Source: Malacoraja senta (Eukaryota). Taken from it: a stretch of 64,000 nt of DNA. Within the stretch, counting starts at the first letter, position 1; every line of letters starts with the position of its first letter. Location of the stretch: NCBI GenBank assembly GCA_038087875.1, contig CM075989.1:22260001-22324000 (forward strand), read 5' to 3'. Below are positions 1 to 11,488 of this stretch, piece after piece. Both the position numbers and the translations under genes were made by a program. Below the pieces are notes generated by a model that saw only the letters and a program-made list of their open reading frames with translations, had not been told where the DNA came from and did not search any database.

Positions 1-435
1 AACACATGCTATTCAGTGCTCAGTGAATATAAAATCTGGTAATAAATCTGCCAGGCATATTTTTACAGATGCTGATAAATCATTTGCATCAGTAAAATAA
101 ATGAGTACAGTCGTTCCTTAATCTACATGAAAGAGGCAAATAGATCCCCAGCAAGTAAATATTTTGCAATGGGATTAAATAGTTCTGTGTTTCTGTGCAT
201 CACATAATCGATCTTCAATAAAACAATGTAATGTACAAAGACCATGAATTTTGTTCAGGGTCCTGCATGCATCTCATGCACAACTGCATGGATGATCAAG
301 ACCACTCGTTCAATTGCATCCGTCTCCTGACGGCTCCAGGTCCTAATTTGCACTCTTGTGTGTGACTGCACTGTCCACAGGTTGTACATGAAGAAGCTTT
401 CACGTTTGAGAAGCCAACCTCTATATGATTTCATG

Positions 436-530
436 GACACAAAGTGCTGGAGTAAATCAACGGGTCAGGCAGCATCTCTTGAGAACATGGATCGCTGATG
501 TTTCAGGTCGGGACCCTTCTTCAGACTGAT
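436..530 (-). mobile_element. Penelope-like element pseudo-LTR fragment (hammerhead-bearing unit)
   Basis: Reverse complement of the recurring unit TCTGAAGAAGGGTCYCGACCCGAAACGTCA...GATGCTGCCTGACCCGCTGAGTTACTCCAGCA that follows the GIY-YIG ORF end at 9300-9670 and 43290-44035. Confidence 0.75.
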
Positions 531-852
531 GTAAAGGACATTAGGAAGTCGCAAACTGGCATTGAAATCTGGACTAAGTAAATCTCCTTAAGGTAGGCAC
601 ATACTCCTCTCCTTCAAGTGCCACTTTATGCCTGACTCGCTCGGTTCATCCACCAATTTGACTGCATGTTATTTACTAAACCCACAGTAAATTCTCCAAT
701 CATCTCCCATCTGACCTGCCCTTTCAACCCATCTCTGAAAGCGACCACTCTCTATAACTGTTGATGAAACACTCCTCCCACCACACGACTGATCAATTAG
801 GTGGATTGGGTAAATTTGATGCTCTCGAAGACAAGTGTTTGCAACTTCTACG

Positions 853-1212
853 AGTCAAGTCAAGTCTAGAGAGTTTATTGTCATGTGTCCCAGATAGGAC
901 AATGACATGCTTGCTTGCTGCAGCACAACAGAATATTATAGGCATAAATACAGAACAGATCAGTGTGTCCATATACCATAGAGTATATATATATATACAC
1001 ACATAAATATACAGATAAAGTGCAATAGGCTGTTAAAGTTCAGAGTTTGTTTGATGTTGTGTTTAATAGTCTGATGGCTGTGGGGATGTAGCTGTTCCTG
1101 AACCTGGATGTTGCAGATTTCAGGTCCTGTACCTTCTGCCTGATGGCAGCGGAGAGATGAATGAGTGGTCAGGATGGTGTGGGTCCTTGATGACGTTGGC
1201 AGCCTTTTTGAG
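853..1212 (-). mobile_element. Rex1/Babar-type LINE 3' fragment
   Basis: Minus-strand translation KKAANVIKDPHHPDHSFISPLPSGRRYR (Rex1/Babar C-terminal motif), then 3' UTR with AATAAA and short-repeat tail. Confidence 0.75.
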
Positions 1213-1457
1213 AAAGTCTTTTTGAGCCTTATTTCGGGAAGTTCCTACTAAGAATCGGGTTTCTGCCTTTGATACTGGGTCATAGGAATCTGAAATTTTC
1301 CAGCGATGCTGCCTGACCCACTGAGTTTCTCCAGCACTTTGTGTCATTTTTTGTAAAGCATTTCCATCTGGAGGGATATTGATTGTATCTCAACTAATCC
1401 AGTGAACCTTCTCTGATTTGTCTTCAAAGCAGGTACATCCTCCTAAAAATACTTTCA

Positions 1458-1550
1458 GTCAGTTGAAGGGCTCCAACCCAAAATGTCATCCATCCTTTTT
1501 CTCCAGAGATGCTGCCTGACCTGTTGAGTTACTCCAGCACTTGTGTCTAC
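1458..1550 (+). mobile_element. PLE pseudo-LTR fragment (decayed)
   Basis: Matches the recurring unit; hammerhead core degenerate. Confidence 0.65.
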
Positions 1551-1681
1551 ATCCACCTGAATATGGAGATCAATAGCGGAGGTAGTATTCAAGGGAATGT
1601 TTCCACCAGCATTGTGTATTGTTGTAACAAAACCTCCCTATTTTTATCGCTGTACTGCTTCATAAATTTATACTGTAAGTG

Positions 1682-2017
1682 ACAGGAGCAGAATTAGGGC
1701 ACTCAGCCCCATCAAGTCTACTCCGCCATTCAATCATGGCTGATCTATCTCTCCCTTCTAACCCCATTCTCCTGCCTTCTCCCAATAACTCCTGACACCT
1801 GTACTAATCAAGAATCTAAGGTAGACAAAAAGCTGGAGAAACTCAGCGTGTGAGGCAGCATCTATGGAGTGAAGGAATGGGTGACGTTTCGACTCGAGAC
1901 CCTTCTTCAGACTGAATCAAGAATCTATCTATCTCTGCCTTAAAAATATTATTTAACTTGGCCTCCACTGTGATCTGTGGCAATGAATTTCACAGATTCA
2001 CCACCCTCTGACTAAAG
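1682..2017 (-). mobile_element. CR1 LINE 3' fragment (family B tail), interrupted by a PLE unit
   Basis: Reverse complement of the GATCAGCCATGATTGAATGGCGGAGTAGAC...TAATTCTGCTCCT tail and the RVVNLWNSLPQ-coding segment. Confidence 0.8.
1819..1914 (-). mobile_element. 96-bp PLE hammerhead unit with 13-bp TSD
   Basis: AATCAAGAATCTA at 1806-1818 and 1915-1927 flanks the unit inside a CR1 copy. Confidence 0.8.
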
Positions 2018-2130
2018 CGTTTAGTCAGGTCTGCATGTCAAACTATAATGAGTACATTTCAAGAGAACTTTACCAGGTGGCGATCACAGGGACACCTTGC
2101 AGAAATGAAACCTGCTTCATAAATAGCCGC

Positions 2131-2275
2131 ATTTAGTATTGTGTTCGATTCTGGGCATCATGTTATAGGAAAGATGTTGTCAAGCTTGTGTAGCGGGGAC
2201 ATGTTGGCCGGTGTGGGCAAGTTGGGCCAAAGGGCCTGTTTCCACGCTGTATAACTCTATGGCTATGACTTTATG
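2131..2275 (+). mobile_element. CR1 LINE fragment (family A tail)
   Basis: YCVxFW-like segment joined to the TTGGGCCAAAGGGCCTGTTTCCACGCTGTAT tail. Confidence 0.7.
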
Positions 2276-2644
2276 AGAATGGCTTTCAAAGAATTGTGAG
2301 CAATTTATAACAGTTGCACTCAAGGGGGGTACAGTAGGTGAAGGATTGTTTACTGTAAATTAATTCAAATAATTGATTCACACTTAAAACAAAGATCTGA
2401 AGAAGCAATGCTCTAATCATTGAATGAAGACATGAGAGATCAGGTTACAGAATTAAATAAATCCAGTGGGTGAAAAATAATGAACAGATTTTGTTTTCTG
2501 GGCACATCTATAAACCCTTCGAGAGTCTCATGCTCAAATAGACACTGAACTTGGGGCTAATTCATGAAAGTGAGATAAAATATGAAGGATGAAATCTAGG
2601 GTCAGAAAATGAACTCCAATTAAGAGGTATAAAATAATAGTACC

Positions 2645-2775
2645 AGGGTGTCAAGGCAACAACCTCTCCCTCAATGTCAGCAAGACAAAGGAGCAGGTCA
2701 TCGACTTCAGGAAATGGGGTGGGGTGGCTCCAGTCATCTAAACTGTGCTGAAATGGAGAGGGTCGAGAACTTCAT
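2645..2775 (+). mobile_element. Rex1/Babar-type reverse transcriptase fragment
   Basis: Translates CQGNNLSLNVSKTKEQVIDFRK, a typical late RT motif of this clade. Confidence 0.7.
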
Positions 2776-2781
2776 TTTTTA

Positions 2782-3366
2782 CGAGGATGCTGCCTGGACT
2801 CGAGTGCCTGAGCTATAGGTAGAGGTTGAGCAGGCTCGGACTCTGTTCCTTGGAGCGCAGGAGGATGAAGGGTTCATAAGTGATAGGAGCAGAATTAGGC
2901 CATTAGGTCCATCAAGTCTACTCCACCATTCAACCATGGCTGATCTTAACCCCATTCTCTTGCCTTCTCCACATAACCCCTGACAACACCCTAGGTGATC
3001 CAATAGAGGTGTACAAAATCATAAGAGAAATAGATTGGGTAAAGGCACAGGGTCTCTTGCGCAGAGTAGGGGAATCGGGAACCAGTGGACATAGGTTTAA
3101 GGTGAGGGGGATTTAATAGGAACCTGGGAGAAACATTTTGACACAAAGGGTGGTGGGTGCATGGAACGAGCTGCCAGAGGAGGTCGTTGAGGCAGGTACT
3201 ATAACTACATTTAAGCAAAACTTTTAGACAGGTACATGGATAGGATATGTTTATAAGGATATGGACCAAACGCAGGTAGGTGGGACTCATGTAGATGGGA
3301 CGTTGGTTGGCGTGGGCAAGTTGGGCCGAAAGGTCTGTTTCCACACTCTGTGACTCTATGACTCTA
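2782..3366 (+). mobile_element. CR1 LINE 3' fragment (family A) with nested antisense family B tail at about 2871-2990
   Basis: TRMLPGL...RVVGAWNELP-like coding remnant; tail ends GACTCTATGACTCTA. Confidence 0.8.
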
Positions 3367-3644
3367 AGTTCCTGGATATCTTCCCCAATTTTATCAGACT
3401 CCTGGTTCAACCTTTCATAAGCTGAGGATGTAGTCCCAATCTTCCAACCAACCCCATTGCAGAACTTGAACTTTTTCTTTTATTATCCGCACTTTCTCTA
3501 CAGGAACAATGTTACGCCATCATCCTATATCCTACACCGCTGGTTAATTTTTCTCTTCGCACTGGCTGTTGTACTTGTGTTTGTACCCATACCTGGCCAT
3601 ATGTTCCTGAGTTTCCTCCTTTCCACAACCTTACTTCACTCAAC

Positions 3645-3797
3645 ATAATAAAGGATCACTGACACCCCAGCCAACCTCTCTTCTCCCCTCTTCCGTCAGG
3701 CAGGAGGTACAGAAGCTTGAAAGCACTGATCGCCAGATTCAGGAACAGTATCTTCTCCGATGTTTTCAGACTGGTGAACTGGTCTGTCGAAAGCTAA
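3645..3797 (+). mobile_element. Rex1/Babar 3' fragment (host of the MITE)
   Basis: LFSPLPSGRRYRSLK-coding segment. Confidence 0.7.
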
Positions 3798-4125
3798 TAG
3801 CCCTGTCCCACGGTGCGAGTTCATTCAAGTGCTCTCCCGAGTTAGAAAAAAATCAAACTCGTGGTAAGCACGGAGAATGAACGAATCGGATACGTCGGAG
3901 CTCGGGGATGTCTCTTAGCGGCTCGTAACGATAACGGCAGGTACTCGGGAAGACTGGTTAACGGGAGGTAAGCATGGGAAGACTCGTGAAGATTTTTCAA
4001 CACGTTGAAAAATGTCCACGAGAGCCCCGAGTACCGACGAGTGGCCATTACCATAAATCTCTGAGTTCGAATCAGGGCAAACTCGGGAGAGCTCTTGGAA
4101 TGAACTCGCACATGGGACAGGGCTA
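3798..4125. mobile_element. Non-autonomous PIF/Harbinger-type MITE
   Basis: About 46-bp TIRs starting TAGCCCTGTCCCA; TAA target duplication at 3795-3797 and 4126-4128. Confidence 0.85.
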
Positions 4126-4192
4126 TAAGGGTATCATCCCAACTTCCCGACCAGATCCCGAAGGCTGACCTTGTTGATTAGCTGTGCACAAA

Positions 4193-4490
4193 GTTTAGTT
4201 CAGTTTAGAGATGCAGCATAGAAATAGGCCCACCGAGTCCACACCGACCAACGATCCTCGCACACTAACACTATCCTACACACACCAGCGACAATTTACG
4301 TTTATACCAAGTCAATAAACCAACAAACCTGTACATCTTTGGAGTGTGGGAGGTAACCAAAGAACTCGGAGAAAACCCAAGTAGTCACGGGAAGAACGTA
4401 GAAACTCAGTACAGGCAGCACCCGTAGTCAGGATCGAACCCGGGTCTACGGCGCTGTGAGGCAGCAACTCTACCGCTGCGCCACCGTGCC
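4193..4490 (-). mobile_element. tRNA-derived V-SINE (HE1-like)
   Basis: A box TGGCGCAGCGG, B box GGTTCGATCC, central TTTCCTCCCACACTCCAAAGAC-type V-domain, CR1-like tail with (TAAAC)n. Confidence 0.85.
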
Positions 4491-4844
4491 GCTCATCGTA
4501 GGCTAAACTACTTTTAAATAATCAAATACAATAAGCCAAGGAGTTAAACATGTAACTTTTCTGGCTCTTCCCTTTCTATTCTGCCATCTAGTGCAAAATG
4601 AATAGACTGCTTGATCCCATGCCATGTTTAGAGTGGTAGAGGACATTAGAACAGATTGCCCAACATATGTGCTGGGAATCTCTGCAAGCTAGGGCTGAAC
4701 GCAGACAGGAAATCATTGACGGGCCTCGTTAGTCTGGACGATCTGCATTCCTCTGGGTAACACGCAATGTGTTGGCACTTAATGCCAGTCACACCAGCAG
4801 CCCTGTGTGAAACCCAGCAAAACCTGGGCTACTAACTAGATTGG

Positions 4845-5160
4845 GTAGACGCACAGTCTCTTGCCCAGAGTAGGGGAATGGTCATAGGTTTAAGGTGAGG
4901 GGGGGAAAGGTTTCATTGGAACCTGAGAGGCAACTTTTTCACACAAAGGGTGGTGGGTGTATGGAATGAACTGCCGGAGGTGGTAATTGAGGCAGGGACT
5001 ATTGCAACGTTTAAGAAACTTTTAGACAGGTACATGGATAGGACTGGTTTGGAGGGATATGGGCCAAACGCAGGCAGGTGGGACGAGTGTAGATGTGGCA
5101 TGTTGGTTGGTGTGGGGAAGTTGGGCCAAAGGCCCTGTTTCCATGCTGTATGACTCTATA
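4845..5160 (+). mobile_element. CR1 LINE 3' fragment (family A)
   Basis: VGVWNELPEVVIEAGTIATFKKLLDRYM, CR1 ORF2 C-terminus plus tail. Confidence 0.85.
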
Positions 5161-5329
5161 GATACTCGGTGCTGTGTTGTGCACTTTCAATGGGGAGAAG
5201 CATATATATAATTTATACCTATATTCATAATCTTATCTGTTGGGAATGTATAAAATGAAGGTATATTTATGTTTGTAAGGTAAGTATAGGGGGGAAATAG
5301 GCCAGCATGTTCCATGGAGGCTTGATTGT

Positions 5330-5478
5330 TCATAAGTTCATAAGTTATAGGAGCAGAATTAGGCCATTTGTCCCATCAAGTCTACTCCGCCATTCAATCA
5401 TGACTGATCCATCTTTTCCTCTGCACCCCATTCTCCTGCCTTCTCCCCATAACCTGTGACGCCATAACTAATCAAGAA
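5330..5478 (-). mobile_element. CR1 LINE 3' tail (family B)
   Basis: Tail with (TTATGAAC)n end on the minus strand. Confidence 0.75.
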
Positions 5479-5685
5479 AATTGCTTACAGTTCAAAAGGT
5501 GGTGGTCAATTCAAACTTTGTTCCTCGTAGAAGGAATAAGCGAGGTTAATCCCAGCTTCAGTTTTTTAAACATAGAACTCAGATTTCACTATGCCAAATT
5601 AAAACATTATCTGCCTGCATGTGGTCCATATTCCTCCATATCCAACTTCACACAAACTTTCTCCAATCTCTCAATGTAACCGTTA

Positions 5686-5878
5686 AAACAAAGAACTGCA
5701 GATGCTGGTTAATGCACAGAAATGCTGGAGTAACTCAGCAGGTCAGGCAACACCTCTGCAGAACATGGATAGGTGACATTTAAAGTCTGAAGAAGGGTCT
5801 CGACCCGAAATGTCATCTATCCATGTTCTCCAGAGATGCTGCCTGACCCGCTGAGTTACTCCAGCGCTTTGTGTCCAT
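5686..5878. mobile_element. Inverted pair of PLE pseudo-LTR units
   Basis: Antisense half then sense half; CTGAAGA...GAAA core at 5787-5814. Confidence 0.8.
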
Positions 5879-6199
5879 TTCCTAATTTAACTGTATCTAC
5901 ACAATCCTCCATTCCTTGTGTTATAATTAGCTGGCCTGCCTTCATAGTACATTAAGTAGGTTAGTGAATCTTCACACACATGTGCCATTCCATTACATCT
6001 GTAGAACTTTTAAAACATATCACGCAGGCTTCTACTGAGTTTGTTCACAAAACCATCAAATCTTTCGGTATCACCATTTCACAGCTGAGTATTTGGTGGG
6101 ATTTCCATCACTTTGGGGGGGAAATTACAAGACACTGTTTCATATGAAAATTAAAAGGAAATGATTTAGTGTTTGTTGGCCAAACATTAGAATGATTTC

Positions 6200-6600
6200 T
6201 TTTTTATTTAACTGTTTGCTTGTAAAAGAGGGAACAAGATCATTTTCCTTGCAAGTACGTGCGTTCCTTTGCTGCCTTTTTGTTGATTAGAGTGGAAGAA
6301 ACTAATCAACTAAAAATCTAATTATAAATATTTTATGTTCGCCATTACACTAATTATAGGGACAATTTGTTTAAATAAATAAGCATTTATTTAAACTCTC
6401 AATCTTTGCATTGTGGGGCGCAGCTTTCATTCCTTTCTTGAAACACTAATGAGAACTTGTATTTGATTACAAGTAAATTCTGACCAACGCAAGCGCATTG
6501 TTAAGCCAAAAGTTCCAGGGAGGCCCATGATTTATGTTGTCAAGCAACCTCACAGTGCTTGTCCCGCGAGCCCAGCTGCCATTTAATTGGTCGGCAAAGA
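6200..6600. promoter_or_regulatory. Candidate conserved non-coding element/enhancer
   Basis: Repeat-free, dense in TAAT/TAATTA, Pbx-Hox-like TGATTTAT at 6528-6535, three short dyads; conservation not testable here. Confidence 0.4.
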
Positions 6601-7141
6601 GAGAGAGGGGGTCTCCTTTGAGGAATGAATAACAATTGTTTACGTTTAAATGTCGGTTTGAAAGGAAGACTGCACAGGGAAAAAGGAATTCTCTGTGGAA
6701 GAACAGAGAACACAAAAGAAACACCAGCGAAACCCATTGGGGTGCAAAGCAGCAGGAGACAGGAATATATGGAAAAAGTACGACAGCATGTGGAGGAATC
6801 CGTGACGGGCCACAGTCTAGAATGAATCAGACGATTCATAAAACCAGAGGCAGAGATGGCAAAATAAAGATAGCGTTTCTTCTTAAATTTCCTCCACTTA
6901 TTTTCAGAAGTGCACTCCAGTTTAGTTTTTTTTTTTCGAGTCGCAGATTTTGAAGATTAACGTTTTGCTCCAATGGTTAATAACTTTTCAAGAGAGATAA
7001 ATGCAGGCGGAGCTTCTGTTTATATGGTGCATGTAAACTGTACCGCTGCAACCAGTGGGCTACACTTTTGTTTTTGTGGTTCTTGTAACGAGAAGGAAAA
7101 TGAAAGTATTCTTCCAGATTCAGGGAAAGTTTTTTTTTCTT

Positions 7142-7428
7142 TTTCCCAGCTGCTCTCAGGCAACTGAACCAACCATCCCACCAACAACTAGAGAGCAGTC
7201 CTGAACTACTATCTACCTCATTGGAGACTCTCGGACTATCTTTGATCAGACTTTACTGGCTTTACCTTGCACTGAATGTTATTCACATTTATCCCTTTAT
7301 CACGTATCTGAACACTGTGGATGGCTCGATTGGAATCATGTGTTGTCCATCCGCGGACTGGTCAGCATGCAACAAAAGCTTTTCACTGTATCCCGGTAGA
7401 CGTGACAATAAACGGAACAAAATAACTA
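7142..7428 (+). mobile_element. Rex1/Babar 3' UTR fragment
   Basis: CCAGCTG..CAGGCAACTGAAC...AAAGCTTTTCACTGTA...GACAATAAA; the same UTR follows the Rex ORF end at 27415-27990. Confidence 0.7.
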
Positions 7429-7989
7429 CATTACATGTACATTTTGCAAGACAAGCAGAGAGAAAGTGGAAGCACTCTACGTAGACCATAATTTTCATAC
7501 GCTTGCATTTTCCTGGCAAGGTCTTGCATTAAACAGGAAATTTAACGCAGCATTACGACTTTTACGAGATTTCCTTCCTTCGAAGTCACAGCTGCTGCTT
7601 TGCACGGGAAGGGATCCAAATTCCGTTCAGACAGACATTTCTAACGGAGGGTTAAAAAAAAAAAAAAGGAAAGTCTGTAGCTGTGAGACACCTGCAGCTT
7701 AATGTCACCAAAGATATGCCCAGTGAACCTTGGTCAATATATTAGGTACAGGGAGGTGAAGATAGCTTCAAATCAAGGTGATGCTGAATTCCATTAGAAT
7801 CGACGCTGAGTAACTCACTGGTGACAAAGGTCCATTTAGTCAGAAAAGTTCAGCTGTTGTAAAATTCATTACAGTGTCACTTCGAGATGAAATGATGTCA
7901 TTTGTACTGTCTTTGGGGATGTAAAGGAGAACCGTACAGATTCTGTCAACATAATGTCTCCTTTATTTCCTTACCATATTACTGATGAA

Positions 7990-8082
7990 AGTCTGAGGTT
8001 GGGTCTCGACCCGAAACGTCACCTATTCCTTTTCTCCAGAGATGCTGCCTGACCCGCTGAGTTACTCCAGCTGTTTGTGTCT
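7990..8082 (+). mobile_element. PLE pseudo-LTR unit
   Basis: GGGTCTCGACCCGAAACGTCA...TTACTCCAGC. Confidence 0.75.
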
Positions 8083-8235
8083 AGCACATTACGATCTGCA
8101 GATTAGGGCAGTTTGAACCTCTAGTTGGTTTGGCCTGTCAATGTTTCTTATATTAATTTGTTTACCACTGCGATTATTTTCTCGATGCACCCCACCTCCC
8201 TCTCCTAACCTACTTCTCGAAAAAGCAGGAGTGTT

Positions 8236-8827
8236 CATAGTAACAGAGAAGATAGGTGCAGGAGTGAGCACCGCCATTCAATATGATCATGGCTGATCAT
8301 CCAAAATCAGTACCCATTACTGCTTTCTCCCCATATCCCTTTGATTCCGTTAGCCCTAAGAATAGAATAGAATAGAATAGAATAGAATAGAAACTTTATT
8401 TGCCACACGACCAGGGTTGGTGGTAATTGGGTTCGGTACATGATGGTACTGCTTTAGCACATTAACACATTAACACTAACAACAATAATAATAAAGCACA
8501 TCACAAATCACAAATCTCACCAACAATACATAGTGCAAAAGAACAGACAAAAACCATAGACAAGACACTGTATACATCAAAGTCAAAAAGCTAAACCTAA
8601 CTCTCTCTTGAAAACATCCAGTGAATTGGCCTCCACTGCCTTCTGTGGCAGAGAATTCCACAGATTCGCAACTCTTTGGGTGAAAACATTTTTCTTAATC
8701 TCAGTCCTAAATGGCCTACCCCGTATTCTTAAACTGCGACCCCTGGTTCTGGACTCCCCCAACATGGGGAACATTTTTCCCGCATCTAGCCTGTCCAATC
8801 CCTGAAGAATGTTATATGTCTCTATAA
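8236..8827 (-). mobile_element. CR1 LINE 3' fragment (family C), split by a short retroposon tail at about 8361-8585 with (AATAG)n
   Basis: LDAGKMFPMLGESRTRG...RVANLWNSLPQKAVEA; the CR1 resumes after the insert. Confidence 0.85.
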
Positions 8828-8983
8828 GAACCTATAAGATTTCTATAATTCCAACTGACTCAAAACATTGCGGTGCCACCTTTTGAATAAGAAAAACAGT
8901 GGTGTTCGAGTGCGGAGACCCTCACGGATATTTGTGCTGTCGTTTTAAGAGGAGAGGAGAAATAACACGGAGAGCTTTCGAAA

Positions 8984-9670
8984 TGTAGAAACAAGGAACT
9001 GTGGATAGACACAAAAAGCTGGAGTAACTCAGTGGGACAGGCAGCGTCTCTGGAGAGAAGGAATGGGTGACGTCTCGGGTCGAGACCCTTCTTCAGACGC
9101 GAGAGGTCACCTATTCTTCTAGCCAGAGATGCTGCCTGACCCGCTGAGTTACTCCAGTTTTTTGCGTCTATCTTCGGTTTTAAACCAGCATCTACAGTTC
9201 CTTCCTACACAGGAACTGTGGATGCTACTTTACCAAGGAAGGACACAAAATGCTGGAGTATCTCAACAGGTCAGGCAGCATTCCTGGAGAACATGGATAG
9301 TTAATTTGGAGGAACGGCATCTGATATTTCGCTTAGGCAGCTTACAGCCCAGTGGTATGAATTTTGATTTCTCTAACTTCAGACAGCCCCGGCATTCCCT
9401 CCCTCTCTATCCCTCCCCCTCCTAAGTCGCACCAGCTTCTCGTTTTCACCCAACAAACAGCTAACAATGGCCTGTTTCCTTTATTCTTGTTACTTTTTTG
9501 CACATCTTTCGTTCATGGTTCTTTATCTCTCTGCATCATTGTCTATATCTCTCGTTTCCCTTATCCCTAACCAGTCTGAAGAAGGGTCTCGACCCAAAAC
9601 GTCACGCATTCCTTCTCTCCAGAGATGATGCCTGTCCCGCTGAGTTACTCCAGCGTTTTGTGTCTATCTT
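8984..9670 (+). mobile_element. 5'-truncated Penelope-like element: GIY-YIG C-terminus, 3' pseudo-LTR and upstream inverted units
   Basis: LEERHLIFRLGSLQPSGMNFDFSNF at about 9305-9380 matches the end of the GIY-YIG ORF at 43747; hammerhead remnant at 9576-9603. Confidence 0.8.
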
Positions 9671-9972
9671 TAGCTAATTTTTTAGGTTGGGGCCCTTCAG
9701 ATGAATTGTAGGGGTGGGTGGGAGGAGTATGGAAGTCTCATCTAAAAAATGTTGAAAAAATGCTTTGGCTGCAGGTTAAGCCAGCTATCAAAATATATAT
9801 AAATGAGTTCTGAGTCTCTCTAGTTTCAGGGCCATATTAAACTTTTGAAAAGATAAGTAAATAATGTTAAAATAATTAATAGGTTTACAAAAAGTTACTT
9901 AAAAGAAATAAAACATGTAGGAATTTCAACTGATTAAAATAAATTTACTAAAAACATATTGTGATTTGTAAG

Positions 9973-10181
9973 TGTTTAAGAAGGAACTGCAGATGCTGGA
10001 AAATCGAAGGTAGACAAAAAATGCTGAAGAAACTCAGTGGGTGAGGCAGCAACTATGGAGCGAAGGAAATAGGCAATATTTCGGGTCTGAAGAAGGTTTC
10101 GACCCGAAACGTTGCCTATTTCCTTCGCTCCATAGATGCTGCCTCACCCCCTGAGTTTCTCCAGCATTTTTGTCTACCTTT
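9973..10181. mobile_element. Inverted PLE unit pair (second subfamily) with 11-bp TSD
   Basis: TGATTTGTAAG at 9962-9972 and 10182-10192; core CTGAAGAAGGTTTCGACCCGAAACGTT at 10087-10113. Confidence 0.8.
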
Positions 10182-10220
10182 TGATTTGTAAGCATTGTTT
10201 TAATTTAAAATAATTGACTT

Positions 10221-10553
10221 TAGTTTGGTTCAGTTTAGTTTATTTTAGTTTAGTTTAGAGATACAGCGCAGAAACAGGCCCTTCGGCCAACTGAGTCCGC
10301 GCCGACCAGCGATCACCCCGTACACTAGCACAACCCTACACACTAGGAACAATTTACATTTTTACTGAAGCCAATTAACCTACAAAACTGCAGGTTTTTG
10401 GAGTGTGGGAGGAAACCGGAGCACCCGAAGTAAACCGACGCAGTCACAGGGAGAAGGTGCAAACTCCATACAGACAGCACCCGTGGACAGGATCGAACTA
10501 GGGTCTCAGGCGCTTTACGGCAGCAACTCTACCGCTGCGCCGCCGTGCTGCCC
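10221..10553 (-). mobile_element. V-SINE (HE1-like)
   Basis: Full head-body-tail match to the other copies. Confidence 0.85.
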
Positions 10554-10857
10554 ATTTGTTAAGCAATGACAAAAGAATTTAGTTGCCATCTTTGCAAGAC
10601 GTCTGGGGCTTTTACTTCATGGCAGCTTTTGTCACAGTAATTCTAGGAATATGATGAGAAAATTCCAGCAAATTCACTCAAAGTTGGTGTTTCTCAGGAA
10701 ATCGTTGGCTGTTCTGATTGTAATTGCTCTCATTACTTGGTCTGCAAATGATTTGCTTCTAATTATTCCACTTTCAAGCTCTATTTGAAGGCAAGGTTAT
10801 GTAGAACATGTTAGATATCCACTAAAGTGAAGGCTCGATTGAGCTTTGATCTGTTGG

Positions 10858-11116
10858 ACTTTAGAGACGCAGAGGGGAAACGGGCCCCCTTCCGCCCAGC
10901 AAGCCCGTCCCAACCATCGATCACCCCGTACACCAGCACTGTCCTACACACACTTGGGACAATTTACGTCTTTGGAGTGTGGGAGGAAACCCGAGCACCC
11001 GGAGAAAACCCACGCGGTCACAGGGAGAACGTACAAATTCTGTACAGACCACCTGTAGTCAGGATCGAACCCGGGTCCCTGGTGCTGTAAGGCAGCAAAT
11101 CCACCACTGCACCACC
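10858..11116 (-). mobile_element. V-SINE (HE1-like)
   Basis: Match to the other copies, with an internal deletion. Confidence 0.8.
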
Positions 11117-11395
11117 GAGTCATCCACTTCATGATAGAGTGTAGCAATCCACCCGTATTGGTCAGCTGAGGTGATATTGGGGCTTCTGCATTCCCATGGA
11201 AATCTTTGTTCGATTTTAAAGACCAGGCAGAATGGTTGATTTCTTCCTATGGAAGAGGGGTTTTGATAGGCAAATAGTTGGACAAAGGCCAGAGATGAAC
11301 ATACACAAGGTGTGAATCAAAAGGATTAGAGAGTTGCGAATTGTGTAGGGGGTTCTGTGCCATTATAATAGTTGCCTTATTATATAATGGATTCC

Positions 11396-11488
11396 AAACT
11401 CCGTACAGACAGCACCCATAGTCAGGATCGAACCCGAGACTCTGGCGTTGTAAAGCAGCAACACTACTGCTGCACCACCATGCCGCCC
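11396..11488 (-). mobile_element. V-SINE head fragment
   Basis: tRNA-like head only. Confidence 0.7.

Noticed and set aside
5686..5878. Inverted PLE pairs as DNA-transposon MITEs
   Set aside because: Arms are unequal, TSD lengths vary from 6 to 13 bp across copies, and the unit is contiguous with a GIY-YIG ORF elsewhere in the window.
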